NCBI RefSeq assembly: GCF_964355755.1
Contig: NC_092671.1
Span: forward strand, 26,858,070-26,922,069
From: Antedon mediterranea
Lineage: Eukaryota; Animalia; Echinodermata
Reading direction: 5' to 3'
DNA length: 64,000 bases
Below the pieces are notes generated by a model. That model made no database searches and was not told the DNA's origin. It saw only the letters and a program-made list of their open reading frames with translations. Within the stretch, counting starts at the first letter, position 1. Every line of letters begins with the position of its first letter. Shown one piece after another: positions 63,501 to 64,000 of the stretch. Position numbers and translations under genes: made by a program.

Positions 63501-63720
63501 GTCCATAAGTGTTGATAGATGTATTATTTGCGGCAGTCAAAGTAGACTCTTGTCGCCTATGTAGACGCTCATGGCGAGTAGGTGGAACAACGCTAACTTC
63601 TGCCCCAGTGTCTATGAGGAAACGTTGTTTGGATAATTGATTAACAATAAAGAAAAGGCGACTTACGATTTGACGGCCAGCAACATTCGTCGCATTTAGT
63701 TGTCGGCGTTGGAGTTTTCC
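60553..63720 (-). CDS. pol: Gypsy Pol polyprotein (protease, RT, RNase H, integrase)
   Basis: FLIDTGA, YIDD, VDASD, HSLSH..CIQC, HIDIVGP/TTDRG/VERFH, YDGPFKV; uninterrupted ORF. Confidence 0.96.
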   Translation of the reverse strand, partial: GKLQRRQLNATNVAGRQIVSRLFFIVNQLSKQRFLIDTGAEVSVVPPTRHERLHRRQESTLTAANNTSINTYGHRSVTLDLGLRRTSQWLFVVADVTHPIIGADFLRHFGLLVDMNNRRLIDTTTNLSIQGVASKTSPLGLIFTTLEAKSKWDYILTKFPNITRPCYQEASLKHDVTHHIQTHGPPISSHPRRLAHDRCKTARHEFEHMMQLGIIRPSKSNWASPLHMVPKKTPGDWRPCGDYRALNNATVADRYPIPYMHDFTASLHGSTIFSKIDLVRAYHQIPVEPADVHKTAITTPFGLFEFVRMPFGLRNAAQTFQRFIDQVTRGLDFCYAYIDDLLVASSNAEEHETHLHQLFTRLNEYGVVLNPAKCQFGVSSLEFLGHHVDSQGVRPLQIKVEAIQNFPQPTSLRKLREFLGLINFYRRFIPQCAQILQPVTALLVGAGKKQDLVWTDAALLGFNNIKVALASATFLTHPQPDAPLSIMVDASDVAIGGILQQCIDNNWQPISFFSQKLKPAQTRYSTFGRELLAAYLSVKQFRHSLEGRSFHIFTDHKPLVYALLAKPNRHSPREIRHLDFISQFTTDIRHVSGKANAAADALSRIELNTFSHNTTNIVDFSLIAAAQKNDDELHKLLESPFSLQFQNFPIPTSDSTILCDISKGNPRPYIPQEFRRIIFDTLHSLSHPGIRATQRLITDHFVWPAINRDVRRWSQTCIQCQRSKVHRHTVSPLSTFSTPDARFDHVHIDIVGPLPPSNGFSYLLTFIDRFTRWPEAVPIPDITADTVAHAFVNRWIASFGIPSTITTDRGRQFESALFHSLANLLGTKHIHTTAYHPIANGLVERFHRHLKGSLKAHNDHTKWTEHLPIVLLGIRTALKADLGHSAAELVYGTTLRLPGQFFNSNSEHCDYSNYIDRLRDNMSKLRPTPTRTNSNRKSYINQEIFNCTHVFVRRDSVRKPLQRPYDGPFKVLSRTDKHFVLDLNGRQDTVSIDRLKVAHLDTDIFKSQEQTLTPKLQASPLVKPTNPSPILATPPRTTRSGRHVHFPQRFVSFYH

Positions 63721-64000
63721 GAACACGGCGGATTGCATTTTCGAGCATTTACTCCAAATTTTTCATGGTACCAACAGAGTTGAGGAGTGTTGTTTGAATG
63801 TTGAGCTGAGCGATTGGTACTGTTAGGTTGAGCAGGAGATGAATGCCTACCACTCGATCGATTTCGATGTCGACTTGTGCTGCGACTTTGATATCTGTTG
63901 TGCCGTCGGTCAGATTGCAAGGAATTAACTTGCGTTGACAGTTGTTGAATCTGTTTTTGCAGGTTTTCAAGGGTCGCAGACAAGGAGGGTGTATTGTCCG
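63696..64000 (-). CDS. gag: Gag C-terminus (partial)
   Basis: Arg/Ser-rich tract and [18 protein letters not shown]; overlaps pol in the -1 frame. Confidence 0.9.
   Translation of the reverse strand, partial: DNTPSLSATLENLQKQIQQLSTQVNSLQSDRRHNRYQSRSTSRHRNRSSGRHSSPAQPNSTNRSAQHSNNTPQLCWYHEKFGVNARKCNPPCSENSNADN

Larger units (their letters stand above)
60244..64000 (-). mobile_element. Ty3/Gypsy LTR retrotransposon, CsRN1-like (5' part outside window)
   Basis: PR-RT-RH-IN domain order, CHCC gag motif, PPT and LTR. Confidence 0.95.

Overview
AT-rich animal genomic DNA with spliceosomal GT-AG introns; a marine invertebrate such as an echinoderm is my inference, not proven. The left ~40 kb holds one giant minus-strand gene, of which I traced 55 coding exons by hand (~14.9 kb, ~4,970 aa). 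It runs off the window at position 1. It encodes a signal peptide, 3 FN3 domains, two copies of an unrecognised 4-Cys ~140-150 aa domain, then 48 more single-exon FN3 domains. 42 of those lie in a near-identical ~1.9-kb genomic tandem repeat of four phase-1 exons (10 full units plus a half unit), with a 3,797-bp higher-order dimer. Introns carry a Harbinger-derived insertion and a 2.87-kb almost fully palindromic Academ-type element. Upstream are a decayed Penelope-like element with a minimal hammerhead ribozyme in its 3' region and an intronless 1024-aa NB-ARC/STAND-TPR gene. Beyond those lie Helentron-like and MULE remnants and a CsRN1-like Ty3/Gypsy element with intact pol, a 3' LTR and a -1 frameshift site. 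Coordinates were read by eye and no database searches were run.
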